NCBI RefSeq assembly: GCF_009914755.1
Contig: NC_060927.1
Origin: the human T2T-CHM13v2.0 reference genome, Homo sapiens
Reading direction: 5' to 3' (one strand)
DNA length: 64,000 nucleotides
Part shown: positions 13,246 through 28,454 of the stretch, piece by piece
How positions within the stretch are numbered: the stretch's first letter is position 1
How the letters are laid out: each line of letters opens with the position of its first letter
Translations under genes and position numbers: made by a program
The notes under the pieces: model-generated
Seen by the model: the letters and a program-made list of their open reading frames with translations, nothing else
Database searches by the model: none
What the model was told of the DNA's origin: nothing

Positions 13246-16200
13246 ATTATTATTATTTCTTATTTCAATAGGTTTTTGGGAAACAGGTGGTGTTTGGTTA
13301 CATGGATAAGTTCTTTAGTGGTGATTTCTGAGATTTTGGTATGCCCATCACCTAAGCAGCATACACTATACCCAATGTGTAGTCTTTTATCCCTCATCCC
13401 CTTCACACCCTTTCCTACAAGTCCCCAAAGTCCATTGTATCATTCTTATGCCTTTGTATCCTCATATCTTAGCTTCCACTTATGAGGGAGAACATACGAT
13501 GTTTAGTTTTCCATTCCTGAGTAACTGCCCTTAGGATAATGGTCTCCAATTCCATCCAGGTTGCTGCAAATGCCATTATTTCATTCCTTTTTATGCCTAA
13601 GTAGTATTCCATGGTATGTGTGTGTGTGTGTGTGTCTATATATATAACATTTTGTTCATCCACTTATTGATTGATGGGCATTTGGGCTGGTTCCATGTGT
13701 TTGCAGTTGTGAATTTTGCTGCTATAAACATGCATGTGCAAGTGTCTTTTTCATATAAGGATTTTTTTCCTTTGGGTACATACCTGGTACTGGGATTGCT
13801 GGATCAAATGGTAGATCTACTTTTAGTTCTTTAAGGAATCTCCACACTGTTTCCACAGCGCTTGTACTAGTTTATATTCCCACTAGCAGTGTAAAAGTGT
13901 TTCCTTTTCATCACATCCATGCCAATGTTTATTATTTTTTGATTTTTTCCTTATGGCCATTCTTACAGGAGTAAGGTGGTATTGCATTGTAGTTTTGATT
14001 TGCATTTCCCTGATAATTAGTGATGCTGAACATTTTTTCATATGCTTGTTAGCCATTTGTATATCTTCTTTTGAAAAATGTCTATTCATACCATTTGTCC
14101 ATTTTTTAATGGGATTGTTTTTCTTGCTGATTTGTTTCAATTCCTTGTAGATGCTGGATAGTAGTCTTTTGTCAGATGCATAGTTTGCAAATATAGTCTC
14201 CCATTCTGTGGGTTGTCTGTTTACTCTGCTGATTATTTCTTTTGCTGTGCAGAAGCTTTTTAGTTTAATTAAGTTCCATCTGTTGATCTTTGTTTTTGTT
14301 GCATTTGCTTTTGGGCTCTTGGTCATAAAGTCTTTGCCCAAACCAATGTCTAGAAGGGTTTTTCTGATGTTATCTTCTAGAATTTTTATGGTTTAAAGTC
14401 TTAGATTTAAGTCTTTGATCCATCTTGAGTTGATTTTTGTATAAGGTGAGAGATGAGGATCCAATTTCATTCTTCAACATGTGGCTTGCCAATTATCCCA
14501 GCACCATTTGTTGAATCGGATGTCCTTTCCCCACTTTATGTTTTTGCTTGCTTTGTCAAAGATCAGTTGAATGTAAGCATTTGGCTTTATTTCTGGGTTC
14601 TCTATTCTGTTCCATTGTTCTATGTCCTATTTTTATACAAGTTCCATGCTGTTTTGTTGATTGTAGACTTCAAGTATTGGTTGAAGTTGGGTAATGTGAT
14701 GCCTCCAGATTTGTTCTTTTTGCTTAGTCTTGATTTGGCTATGCAGGTTCTTTTTTGTTTCCATATGAATTTTAGGATTTTTTTCTAGTTCTGTGAAGAA
14801 TGATGGTGGTATTTTGAAGGGAAATGCATTGAATCTGTAGATTGCTTTTGGCAGTATCATCATTTTCACAATATTGATTCTTCCCATCCACAAGCATGGA
14901 ATTTGTTTCCATTTGTTTGTGTCATCTATGATTTCTTTCAGCAGTGTTTTTTTCTTGTCGAAATATTTTACCTACTTGGTTAAGTATATTCTTAAGTTTT
15001 TTTTTTTTTTTGGCAGCTATTGTGAAAGGGGTTGAATTCTTGATTTTATTCTCAGCGTGGTTGTTGTTGGTGTATAGCAGAGCTACTGATTTGCATACAT
15101 TGATTTTGTATCCTGAAATTGTAGTGAATTCACTTATCAGTTCTGAAGCTTTTTGGATGAGTCTTTAGGGTTTTCTAGGTATATGATTATATCATCAGCA
15201 AACAGTGACAGTTTGACTACCTCTTTACCAATTTGGTTGCCCTTTATTTCTTTCTCTTGTCTGATTACTCTGGCTAGGACTTTTAGTACTATGTTGAATA
15301 GAAGTGGTACAAGTGGCCATCCTTGTCTTGTTCTAGTTCTCAGGGGGAATGCTTTCATCTTTTCCCCATTCAGTATGATGTTGGCTGTGTGTTTCTCATA
15401 GATGGCTTTTATTACCTTAAGGTATGTCCCTTCTATGCTGATTTTGCTGAGGGTTTTATTGTAAAGCAATGGTGGATTTTGTCAAATGCTTTTTCTGCAT
15501 CTATTGAGATGATCATGTGGTTTTTGTTTTTACTTCTGTTTATGTGGCGTATCACATTTATTGACTTGCGTATGTTAAACCATCCCTGCATCCCTGGTAT
15601 GAAACTCAGTTGATAATGGTGGATTATCTTTTTGATATGCTGTTGGATTTGGTTAGCAAGTATTTTGTTGAAGGTTTTTGCATCTGTGTTCATCAAAGAC
15701 ATTGGTCTGTAGTTGTTGTTGTTGTTGTTGTTATGTCCTGTCCTGATTTTGTTATTAGGGTGATACTGATTTCACAAAATGATTTAGGGAGGATTCCCAC
15801 TTTCTCTATCTTTTGGAATAGTGTCAATAGGATTGGTACCAGTTATTCTCTGAATGTTTGAGAGAACTCAGCTGACTTCAGCTGTGAATTGGTCTGGTTC
15901 TGGAATTTTTTTGGTTGGCAGTGTTTTTATTACCATTTCAGTCTCGCTTCAATCTCATCTGTTCATAGTTTCTATTTCTTTCTGGTTTAATCTAGGAGGT
16001 TGTATATTTCTAGGAATTTACCCATCTCCTCTAGGTTTTCTAGTTTCTTTGCATAAAGGTGTTCATAGTAGCCTTGAATGATCTTTTGTATTTCTGAAGT
16101 ATCAGTTGTAATATCTCCTGTTTCATTTCTAATCAAGCTTATTTGGATCTTCTCTTTTCTTTTCTTGGTTAATCTTACTAATAGTCTTTCAATTTTGGTT

Positions 16201-19200
16201 ATTTTTTCAAAGAATGAGTTTTTTGTTTCATTTATCTTTTGTGGGGTTTTTTGTTTGTTTGTTTTCATTTCATTTAGTTCTGCTCTGATCTTTGTTATTC
16301 CTTTTCTTCTTCTGGGTGTGGGTTTGGTTGTTCTTGCTTCTTTAGTTTCTTGAGATGTGACCTTAGATTGTCTATTTGTGCTCTTTCAGACTTTTTGAGT
16401 TAGTCATTTAATGCCATGAACTTTCCTCTTAGCACTGCTTTTGCTGTATCCCAGAGGTTTTAATAGGTTGTGTCACTATTATCATTCAGTTCAAAGAATT
16501 TTTAAATTTTCATATTGATTTCATTGTCGATCCAACAATCATTCAGTAGCAGGTTAATTTTCATGTATTTGCATGGTTTTGAAAGCTTCTTTTGGAGTTG
16601 ATTTCCAGTTTTATTCCACTGTGGTTTGAGGGAGTACTTGATATAATTTTGATTTTCTTAAATTTATTGAGACTTGTTTTGTGGCCTATTATATGGTCTA
16701 TCTTGGAGAATGTTCCTTGTGCTGCTGAATAAAATGTGTATTCTGCATTTATTCTTTAAATATCTGTTAAGTCCATTTTTCTAGGATATAGTTTAAGTCT
16801 ATTGTTTCTTTGTTGACATTCTGTCTGGATGATCTGTCTAGTGCTGTCAGTGGAGCATTGAAGTCCCCCACTATTATTGTGTTGCCATCTATCTCATTTC
16901 TTAGGTCTAGTATTAATTTTTCTATAAATTTGGGAGCTCCAGTATTAGGTATATATTGATTTACAACTGTGATATTTTTCTGTTAGAGTAATCCTTTTAT
17001 CATTGTATAATGTTCCTTATTGTCTTTTTAAACTGTTGTTGATTTAAAGTCTGTTTTGTCTGATAGAAGAATAGCTACTCCTGCTTGCTTTTAGTGTACG
17101 TTTGCATGGAATGTCTTTTTCCACCCCTTTACCTTAAGTTTATGTCAGTCATTATGTGTTAGGTGAGTCTCTTGAAGACAGCGGATACTTGATTGTGGAT
17201 TTGTATTCATTCTGCCATTCTGCATCTTTTAAGTGGAGCATTTAGGCCATTTACATTCAGGATGAAGGTACTATTCTATTCATCATGCTAGTTGTTGCCC
17301 TGAATACCTTGTTTTTGTTTTTCAATTTTGTTGTTATTGTTTTATAGGTCCCCTGAGATTTATGCTTTAAGGAGGTTATATTTTGGTGTATTTTGAGGAT
17401 TTGTTTCAAGATTTAGAGCTCCTTTTAGCAGTTCTTGTAGTGCTGGCTTGGTAGTGGTGAATTCTGTCAGCATTTATTTGTCTGAAAAAGACTGTATCTT
17501 TCCTTCATTTATGAAGCGTAGTTTTGCTGGATACAAAATTCTTGGCTGATAATTGTTTTGTTTCAGGAGGCTAGAGATAGGACCTCAGTCCCTTCTAGCT
17601 TGTAGGGTTTCTCCTGAGAAATCTGCTATTAATCTGATAGGTTTTTCTTTATAGGTTACCTGATCCTTTTGCCTCACAGCTCTTAAGATTCTTTCCTTCA
17701 TCTTGACTTTAGATAACCTGAAGACTATGTGCCTATGCAATGATCTTTTTCTAATGAATTTTCCAGATGTTCTTTGAACTTCTTGTATTTGGATGTCTAG
17801 ATCTTTAGCAAGGGCAGGGAAGTTTTCCTTAATTATTCCCTTAAATATGTTTGCCATACTTTTAGATTTATCTTCTTCCTTGGGAATGGCAATTCTTAGG
17901 TTTGGTTGTTTAACATCATTTCAAACTTCTTGGAGACTTAGAATTTTAAAAAATGAACATTTTTTTTTTATTTGCTGGATTGGGTAAATTCAAAAGCCTT
18001 GTCTTTGTGTTCTGAAGTTCTTTCTTCTACTTGTTTGGTTCTGTTGTTGAGACTTTCCAGTGTATTTTGCATTTCTCTAAGTGTGACCTTCAATTCCAGA
18101 GGTTGTGGTTTTTATTTACGCTGTCTCTTTATCTGGAGATTTTTTTGTCCATATCTTGTATTTTTTTGTTTTATTTCTTTAAGTTGGTATTCACCTTTCT
18201 CTGGTCCTTCCTTGAGTAGCTTAATAATTGGCCTTCTGAATTCTTTTTCTACCAATTCAAGAGATTTCATCTTGGTTTGCATCATTGCTGGTGAGCTAGT
18301 GTGATCTTTTGGGGGTATTAAAGAACCTTGCTTTGTCATATTACCAAAACGGTTTTTCTGGTTCTTTCCCATTTAGGTAGACTATGTCAGAGGAAAGATC
18401 TGGGGCTCAGGGGCTGTTCAGATTCTTTTGTCCACGGAGTGCTCCTTTCATGTGGTAGTCTCTCCATCTCTAGGGATGGGGCTTCCTGGGAGCCGAACTG
18501 CAGTGATTGTTATTTCCCTTCTGGATCTAGCCACCCAGCAGAGCTTCCAGTCTCCAGGCTGGTACTGGGGAGTGTCTGCAAAGAGTCCTGTGATGTGATC
18601 TGTCTTCAGGTCTCCAGGTCTCTCGGCTGTGGATACTAGCACCTGCTCGGGTGGAGGTAGGAGGGGAGTGAAATGAGTCCTTGGTTGTAGTTTTGTTTAG
18701 TGAGCCACGTCCAGTGCTGATTGTGCTGGCAGTAAAGTTGTCACATGGACAGACTCAGGATCTCTGGTTAGCCAGGTTGTTACAGGCAATGAAATTAGTT
18801 GTTATTTTCTCCTTTCTTGGGGCAGGGTTGTTCTTTTATGAGTTGCTGTAATGTTTTATGTTGGCTGGTCTCCAGCCAGGAGGTGGCGCTTTCAAGAGAG
18901 CATCAGCAGAGGGCTTCCTGGGAGGAAACAAGTATACCCTAGGGTTGCCTAGATAAGTATTCAGGTTTCTGAGGTGGTGGGTAAGGCCATAGGGCTCTTG
19001 AAAGATTATGTCTTTTGTCTTTGGCTACCAGGGTGAACAGAGAAAGATCATCAGGTTGGGGCAGGATTAGGTGTGTTTGAGCTCAGATTTTCCTTGCGGG
19101 GGGCGGTTTTCTATGGCCACTGTGGGGGATGGGGGTGTGATTCTCAGACCAATGGAGTTATGTTCCCAGAAGGATTATGGCTCCTGTGCTATGTCATACA

Positions 19201-19985
19201 GGTCACCAGGGAAGTGAGGGAAAGCTAGCAGTAACAGGCCTCATCCAGCTCCCACACAGCCAGAAAGGCCAGTCTCACTTCCACTGTGCCTCACCAACAG
19301 CACCGTGTTTATATCCAGGCAGCCAGTGAGCAGGGCTGAGATTCTGGCAAAGGCTACAAGCCTCTCCACTGAGAAAGCAAGTAGGGCTTTCAGGTTTCAC
19401 ACCTCCCTGCCTGCCACAGCTTCTGTGCTCGTATCTGTGCTCCCCGTTTGCCTCCCTCCCTGGGATTCTGTCCAGGAAAATTCATGTTCAGTCAAAATTA
19501 TTACAAAGTTTAGCTTCTTCCTGTGGTCCTTCCCCAATTCCACTGGCAGCCCTCCCCAAGGACTCCTGTGAGGGAAAGTCAGAAATGGCTTCCCTGGGGA
19601 CCAAGAGGGCCCACACTGCTCTTCCCGCTGCTTCCTCTTCATCTATATTTCACTTGGCTCTCTAAATTCATCACAGCTACAGGTAAGGTCAGCTCCTTCT
19701 CCTGTAATCTGGACTTTAAGGTCCCCAATGAGGATGTGTGTTCAGGGGCGGATTTTTCCCCCCTGCTCACACTTGGGCACTCACAGTTTTTTGGCTGTCT
19801 CATAGAGTCTGCAGCAGCAAGCCACTTCCTTCAAAGGGTCTGGGGATTCCCTTGGCTTTCCTGGTATGTTCCTGCGGTAGTTCTTAAAGCAAAAGGTCAC
19901 GGTGTGAGTGTCCACGTGCTGCTCTGTGCGTCTGAGTGGGAGTTGCAAGTTAGTCCTGCCGCCTATCCGCCATCTTCAAACCCAC
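13246..19985 (-). mobile_element. Near full-length L1PB (L1PB1/2-like), ORF1/ORF2 disrupted
   Basis: L1PB-type 3' end (tttcaataggtttttggg...ttctttagtggtgatttctgagattttgg). ORF2 fragments at 13883-14341, 15137-15469 and 15433-15702; ORF1 fragments at 17585-17857 and 18112-18372; long 5'UTR ending at gccatctt (~19976). Confidence 0.92.
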
Positions 19986-20144
19986 AATTTTTTTTTTTTT
20001 TTTTAGTTGTAGCCTTTAAATACATCTTAATTAACTGAAAAGCCCTTGAAAAAGCAAGAAAAAGTCAAAGAAAGTATTTCAAGATAAAGGTCTCTTCACT
20101 GATAATTTGGGTAAGGCAACCTTTCATGAAAAGACTGTGAAGTT

Positions 20145-20456
<312 letters not shown>

Positions 20457-21193
20457 TGAAGTTTTAACAAACTTTCTGTAAAACCATTTTTAATGGTCTT
20501 TGGATATATCTAAAGTATATTCTAGCCGTATTTATTACACAACACTTTATGGTAATAAATTTGCTACTCTTTCCTGATGAACAGTTTGTGTTAACCAGAT
20601 TTAACCAGAGATTTTGGGTCTGTTTATAATTTATTACTGTGATCCATTTTCTTCAAATATAATCCCCAGGGGAAACAAGTTGCTTTAATTCACTGACCAT
20701 AGAATCAAGTGCCACCACCCCTACCCTCAGAAGCTCAGACTCTGAACTTTCTTCAGTTTTAAAAGCTGTTAACTGCTTACCTCCATCTGGAACTATTTTG
20801 CTGGCTCTTCTTCCTCCTTTCACCCTGTAATTATAAGTATTCCAGAAAGAGGTCTTTTTTCATTCAAAGGTAATATTTGAGAGCCACTAGATGCCAGATG
20901 CTGTGTTAGGTATGGAATACAACAGTCAACAATGCAGCTTTATCCTCTGCTTTCTCTCCAATTAAGAGAGCTAAAATTAACCAAGAACTAATATGTGTGA
21001 GGTCCTAATCTAGGTGCCTTATGTACATTCATTCTTCTAATTCTCACAACCATAGGGCAGAGACAGAATAAGCAACTTGCTCAAAGTCATACATTAAGAG
21101 GTAAGCCCATGCTAAATTACCTGCACTGCTTTTCGAAAAATGCCATGAGATGTATAAATTAGGCCTTCTGGGAGGAGGTGATGTATCTTGTAG

Positions 21194-21508
<315 letters not shown>

Positions 21509-21618
21509 TGAAATTTTCAAATGTGGCTATCAGCATGGGGGTGAGAGTGCAGAGTAAAAGATGTACCACTTGCATATAATATGCTGTGTGTCGAAACATA
21601 TTTACCCCAAATCATATC

Positions 21619-21911
21619 TTTTTTTTTTTGAGACGGAGTCTTGCTCTGTCGCCCAGTCTGGAGTGCAGTGACGGGATCTCGGCTCACTGCAAGCTCCACC
21701 TCCCAGGTTCATGCCATTCTCCTGCCTCAGCCTCCTGAGTAGCTGGGACTACAGGCGCCCGCCACCACGCCTGGCTATTTTTTTCTATTTTTTAGTAGAA
21801 ACGGGGTTTCACCGTGTTAGCCAGGATGGTCTCGATCTCCTGACCTCGTGATCCACCCGCCTCAGCCTCCCAAAGTGCTGGGATTACAGGAGTGAGCCAC
21901 TGCGCCCGGCC
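21619..21911 (-). mobile_element. AluY
   Basis: Full Alu with Y diagnostics. Confidence 0.9.
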
Positions 21912-23494
21912 TCAAAATTATATCTTTTTTGCTGCCGCTGTCATCAACTAGCTTTATTTTATATATCTAAAGTACAAAACATGATTATTTTAAAATATTT
22001 TATAATTCAGATCCCATGTTCAAGTGAGTGATGTTGTGCTGCATTTGCTGGGGATGTGATTGGAAATACACAGGCACTGGTACTGTCCACCACTGCTATC
22101 TTTGGTTTCTACCTAGTTCTACTCTTTCTCGGTTGGCCTGACAATTTTAATAGCAAAGGCAGGAGACTACAGACAATCTTTCAAGTGGATGATTGTGGAT
22201 AATGCATTCAGCTAAATTGAAATTAATTGTAGCTATATTTAGATAATAAAATGGTTCTATTGAAAATAGGGCTCAGACTTGTATAGAGCAAAAATTAATC
22301 TCTGTATTGTATTGCTTAGGCAGTCTGCTATTCTCCTGATATGACATTAGAATGAGGTTACTTAACACTTACTGAATTTTTTTAGCTTTTTCGTTTACCC
22401 TCCTTACTTTTTCCCCTCATTTGTTTATCTCTTTCATTGTCTTGTTTGGGCTTTTTCCAGTCCTTGTATTTTTCACAATAATATTCCTTCTAAGTCCTTT
22501 AGGGTAAAATGTAAACACTAAATGGAGAAATGTAAATCTGCAAAGAGATTTTGACAGCTTTGTTTTCTGTTTATTTACTTGTTTAGGAATTCGTTCTTTA
22601 GTTTGCCAGAAAGCAATCCTGTTTATAAATAGTAGAACCAGTGCTGGAAATATGATTTTCTTTATAATATAATCTTAGGTAAACTTTTCAACATATAAGA
22701 ACACCTAGATAGTGTTATAAATAATGTTAATCCAATAAAATATGAAATTTACACATATTGATTTCCATTGCAAGTTGGAATATACTGATAGATATGCCAT
22801 TAGTGCTCTAACAAGCACTTCCTTTCATTGCCATATTCAACCAAAATGTAGATTGTTATGGGCAATCTGCCTCCTTTTTTGCCTCAAATAGTTGTATTTA
22901 GTTGCAACATGCTGCAAACAGAATGGATTTAATTTAGAAGCTTCCTTGGTGTATAAAAAATATTCAATATATGATATTAAAAACCATTTGTATAAAAGAA
23001 ACCCAAAGGATGCATTTTGGCTTTTTAATCTATAACAAATTATTTTAATTTGGGAATGCATGCAAATATGAATATAGTATACAGGGCTTGTGTATTATAA
23101 GGTTCATTTAAACTGTTTGAGTGTATTGGGAACTGCAAGTTTTCTAGCTGAATTTTGAGATAATAGCATCATTTTTGAAATTTTGAGTTAAAAATTTTGA
23201 GATGATTATTATAATAGCGTCATTTATTCAGAGTAGTGGGAACTGCAGGTTTTCTGGTTGAATTTTGAGATAAGAGTATCACTTATTCAGATGTTAGATA
23301 TATTTAACAAGAAAGGATGATAGTAATTTGTGTAGATTTGGGTGGGCAGATAAGAGTTGAGTCCGGCCCTGCCCTAAAAGATGTCTTTTTCTAACTTTTT
23401 AGACTTTGGAATTCATTATAGAAACAAAGTATTCCTTCGTATATTATGGCCTCCATAGATGTATTTAAAGAATCCAAAGGTCAGAAATTCATTC

Positions 23495-23765
23495 AGGTGC
23501 TGCATAATGATGTTCTGGTCAACAACTGATTGTCGTGACCGTGTATGATGGTGGTCCCATAAGATTGCAATGGGGCTGAAAAATTTCTGCAGCATGGTGG
23601 TGTCTTGATGATCCTGGCCCTATGCAGACTTAGGCTAATGTTTGTGTCTTAATTTTTAACAAAAACATTTAAAAAGTAAACAAAAAAGTTAAAAGTAGAA
23701 AAAATCTTATAGCATAAGGATATAAAGAAAAAATATTTTTGTACAGCTATACAATATGTTTGTGG
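23495..23765. mobile_element. Tigger3/MER47-like DNA transposon fragment
   Basis: ggtggtcccataagatt...aaggatataaagaaaaaatatttttgtacagctatacaat. Confidence 0.6.
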
Positions 23766-24050
23766 TTTTTTTCTTTGTTTTTTTTAACTTAAATTTTTAA
23801 AAATTTCAATAGTTTATAGGGTACAGGTGGGTTTTGTTTACATAGGTAAGTTCTTTAGTGGTGATTTCTGAGATTTTAGTGCACATATCATCAGAGCAGT
23901 GTACACTCTACCCAATATGTAGTCTTTTATCTCTTATCCCTCTTCCAACCTTCCCAACAATCCCCAAAGCCCATTATATTATTCTTATTCCTTTGTGTCC
24001 TCATAGCTTAGCTCCTGCTTGTAAGAACATATGACATTTGGTTTTTCATT
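23766..24050 (-). mobile_element. L1PB 3'-end fragment
   Basis: Closely similar to the 3' end at 13260-13515. Confidence 0.8.
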
Positions 24051-24059
24051 GCTTCTTTT

Positions 24060-25755
24060 CTACATGCAAAATATACTCATTCTCTGCCTAAAGAAGACAA
24101 CTCAATTGTCTCATTCAATCATAGTATCAGGCTCAAAGTTCAAGATATTGTGATAGTCTCTCTATAAAACATGAATGTGATTCCTCTGATCCAGAGACTT
24201 AAGAGCTAAAAAAGGTGAATTATCTATTTTCCATAAGTTTAATATACAAAGGTGGAACAGGGATGGGTAATTTCATTTCAACAAATTGGAATAAAGTCTC
24301 TCATGCTTGAAAGGGGAAGAATGGGAGGCATAACAGTCATTAGGTCATATATATTCTGAAATCCTGCAGACTCCATAAGGGCCGCTTAACCTGGGGGTGA
24401 GGCATGTTTCTTGATTAGTCACTGTTTATGCTGCCTAAGAGTAGCTTCTGAGGACATTTTTCTCCGTGGCTTTTTGCTCATCTTCTTTTTCATGATCCTT
24501 CTTGGCCACATCTGAAAAGGAGACTGGAGAATATGCCTTCCTTGGGGGTTTTGTGGCTTCCTCAGCTTCCCTCCTACTCATGAAAGTTGTAATGTAAAAG
24601 TTGATTTAAGTCTGAAACAGCATCTTTTAATGCAGCATATGGCTCTTTTGTCAGTACAAAATTTCTCATAAACATCTTAGATTTAATATTTGATTCTTGT
24701 CAATTCCATGTGCCAATAGTCATGTCAAGTTTTTTCATCTCTCTCTATCTCTAGACATGTCACTGTCTCTATGGACATATAACTGATATGTGGATAATTC
24801 ATTGGTTTTGTGCATAATCACATCTTTACCTCTTTCCAAAGCTATCCTTTTCAACTAAAATGACTTACTGAATGCCATCTTAATTATTCAGGTATTTGTT
24901 GAATGCAATGTTTACATTAAGTATTGAACTTAAAGTTTCCTCAATTCTAGATTTATAGTTAGAGCTTAGTGGTGAGATTTGAGAACTGATTGCATTTGCC
25001 AATTCTGCAACTCTCAGAAATTCTGATATTCTCTGTTTCATTTCTGCTTGCACACTGGCCAGTTCTTTTCTGAATTGTTTTGTTGCTTGATGAATGCAGG
25101 CAACAGCAAGAAAATGTGCTCCTAACATTTGTTATTTCAACTTTTTCACCTAAGGCCACATGCTTATTGTTTCCATTATCTAACTTTTAAAGTTTGGGTA
25201 TCAATTTTCCCCAGTTTTGCTACTGCAAAACATGTCACCTGTTTCTATCTGCCAGTAACCATCTCCCTTCCACCTGCTGCCTAATCCTAAAGCCAATGCC
25301 ATGTGAAGTTCTGTTCAAGCAGCACCCGCTCCTGGTACCAATTTCTATGTCAGTCAGCTTATACAAAGTTATATAGTGCTAACAAACAATTTCCAAATTT
25401 CACAAACTCATAATTAACAAAGGTTTATTTCTTTCTTTGCTTGTTTTTCAAGGGCTAGCTGTGGCTTTTCCCATCACCTTCATTCCCAAACAGCTGCTAT
25501 TTGGGACATTGTGGGGTTTTTTTTCTGTTTTTTGTTTTGTTTTGTTTTGTTTGTTTGTTTTTTGTATTGTGGCAGAAGGAAAACAATGCAATAGAACCAT
25601 TCAGTGAGTTTTATGGCTTATGTTTGGAAGTGAAATGTACACTTGGCCAAATTAAATCACATAGCCAAGTATGACATCAAGGATAAAGGATATGAGAATC
25701 TGTAATCCTTCTGCAAGGAGCAGTAAATATTTTGGTCAATAATACAATCTACCCC
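24060..25755 (-). mobile_element. Old MaLR (MLT1) internal sequence plus LTR
   Basis: MLT-int-like text; ...tggtaccaatttc|tatgtcagtcag LTR/internal junction near 25347; degenerate. Confidence 0.45.
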
Positions 25756-26069
25756 AGCCATCCGCTTTTTTGTGCAGAATAAAATCACATCAACATTTAT
25801 TTATTTCTGTCTTATGTTTTGTCTGCCTCTTCATCTGAATTTGTTCTAACTGGATATGCAAAGTATTAGTATACAGAGAGTTTATGTTGGAAGTTATGCT
25901 CTGTCATTTTTTTTCCCTAGAAGTTGTTGCATGTCAATGTGTTGCTAGAATTGTAAAAGAAATGTTTATAACATTCTGATGATGGAGCCAAAATTGCAGA
26001 ATGAATAAAGGAGAGGAAGAAGAAACCTGTTCCTTGAAGATAACGTTAACTGAGTCAAATAACTCAGGA

Positions 26070-26165
26070 AATGCCTTTCACCTCCTGCCGTGATTCTGAG
26101 GCCTCCCCAGCCATGTGGAACTGTAAGTCCAATTAAACGTCTTTTTCTTCCCAGTCTCAGGTATG
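26070..26165 (+). mobile_element. THE1 LTR 3' fragment (~95 bp)
   Basis: gcctttcacctcctgccgtgattctgaggcctccccagccatgtggaactgtaagtccaattaaac...cccagtctcaggtatg. Confidence 0.8.
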
Positions 26166-27800
26166 ACTAACAAAAGAAGTGTAAGACTTGTACGTTGAAA
26201 ATTACAAAACTTTGCTGAAAGCAATTAAAGAAGACCTAAATAAATGGAGAGATGTTCCATCTTTGTGGATTGGAAGATTCAATATTAAGATGAAAATTCT
26301 CCACTAATTGAGCTCTGGATACAATACAGTCCCCATCAAAATTCTGGCTGGGCTTTTTGCATAAATTGACAAGCAGATACTAAAATTTATGAAGAAATGC
26401 AAAACACACAGAATAGACAAAGTTATTTTGAGAAAGACAAAGTTGGAAGACTTTTGCTTCCCAATTTCAAAACTTACTATTAATAACAATTATTAAGACA
26501 GAGTGGTACTGGCATAAGGGTACATATAGGTCAATGAAACACAAGAGTTCAGAAATAAATCTTTATAGCGAATTGATATTTGACAAATATGGCAAGAAAA
26601 GTCATTGGGGAAAGGATAATCTTTTCAACAAATGGTCACTGGTCCAATTGAATATCCACATGCAAAAAAAGATGAACTTATACCTTTACCTTATGCCGTA
26701 CATAAAAATCATAGTCTTAAATGTATGCTAAAACAATACAACTTTTAGAATAAAATATTGTAGAAGATCTTTGAGACCTTGGGTTAGGCAAAGATTTCTT
26801 ACATATGACCAAAGGCTCAGCCCACAAAAGAAAAAATGATAAGTTGAACTTCATCAAAATTCAAAACTTTTTCACTTTAAGTTTGAAAATAAGAATACAA
26901 GCAATAGACAGGGTCAAAACACATAGCTGATAAAGGACTTGCATCCAGAATATACAAATAACTTGTACAACTCAATAAGATAAATAACCCAGTCAAGATT
27001 GGGCAAAATATATAAACATATTTTACCAGAGAAGATACAGGAATGGCTACTGAGCACGCAGATAAAATGCTCGACAGCATTACTCCTTAGAAAAGTGCAA
27101 ATTAAAACCACAATGAGACATCATTTCACCCCTGCTGGAATGACTATAATAAATTACAGTAACAAATGTTTGTGAGAATGTAGAGAAATGGAAACGCTCA
27201 TACATTGCTGGTGGGAACGTAAAATGTAGCTATTTTCGAAAACAGTTTGGAAGTTTCTCAAAAAGTTAAACATGAAACTACGATACAAGCCAGCAGCCCC
27301 ACTCCTTGGTATCTATCCAAGTGAAATGAAAAAAGTCCACACAAAGGCTTGTATGTGAATGCTCATAGCAGCATTATTTACAATAGCCAAAAACTAAAAA
27401 CGACCCAAATGTCGACTAGTTAATAGACAAAATGTGTTATATTCATATAATTGAATATTATTCACCAATTAAAATAGTGAGCTACTTACAAATTCTCCAT
27501 CATGGATAAACCTAAAAAATTATGCTAATTATAAGAAGGATATAATTTATATGATATGTTCAGAAAAGGCTAATTTATTGAGTTAGAAAGTAGCTTAGTG
27601 GTTGCCCGGATCTAGGGGTGGGAAGCTGGATTAACTGTCAATGGGCATGAGGGATCTTTTGTTGGGGGGAGGATGAAGATGGCTAAAACTGATTTATGGC
27701 TACGTTTGCACCACCCAGTAAACCTGCTAAAAATCATTTAAATTGTATGCTTGAAATTGGTGAATTTTATTACACATTTTACATATATGAATAAAACTGT
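26166..27800 (+). mobile_element. Old L1M (L1MB/MC-like) ORF2 3' part and 3'UTR
   Basis: aaagaagacctaaataaatggagagat, gtggtactggcataagg, caaattaaaaccacaatgagac and an L1M-type 3'UTR. Confidence 0.8.
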
Positions 27801-28454
27801 TCTTGGAGATCACATGTGGTGATATGCCAAAACACATAAGGAGATGAAGACAGAACAATTAAAAATGTCATCTTGGGCTTTCCTAACAGTTTAGGAGGAT
27901 CACAATGAGATGACCAAATTGGTTTAAAACAATTTATCTTCTGGTGTTATTTCTGTTTTTGGTGGCCACATTCTGTGGTGGCTAGATAGCCTCTGTCATT
28001 TAGGAAACATAAATGTAGACAGAGACCGGTGCTCTCTAAAAAGATTGAAAAAAAGGTCACAGATAAAAGCTACAAGAGCATCTTTTTGTTCTCTAAAAGT
28101 TTCACCAGCTGCTACCATAATCTTTTGAAGTCTTCATTTTGTCACTGTATAATTCACAGAGTTTCATGTGGTTGTTGTTGACTCTACATTTTCTCTAAGG
28201 TCAGTTTCCAGGAGCCAGATACTGTTTCAGTTGGTTTTAAGTAAGGATTTGTATGTTCTCTGAAGTGAAATAGTTCACTCTGAAATGAGCTTATGGAAAT
28301 AACTGTCCTAAAAACTAAGCCTTGTGTTTCTGGAGCAAAATTAATTTGGATGGTTTATTAGTTAGTTTATAACAGCTAATGATCCTTGTTAAGGTCTTCT
28401 TGAGATAAGGAGCCTTCTATTTGTTGATCTCATTTACTTATTCATGGACATAGG

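Noticed and set aside
13883-18372. L1 ORF1/ORF2 peptides as functional genes
   Set aside because: Fragmented by stops and frameshifts; the same applies to 51491-54060.
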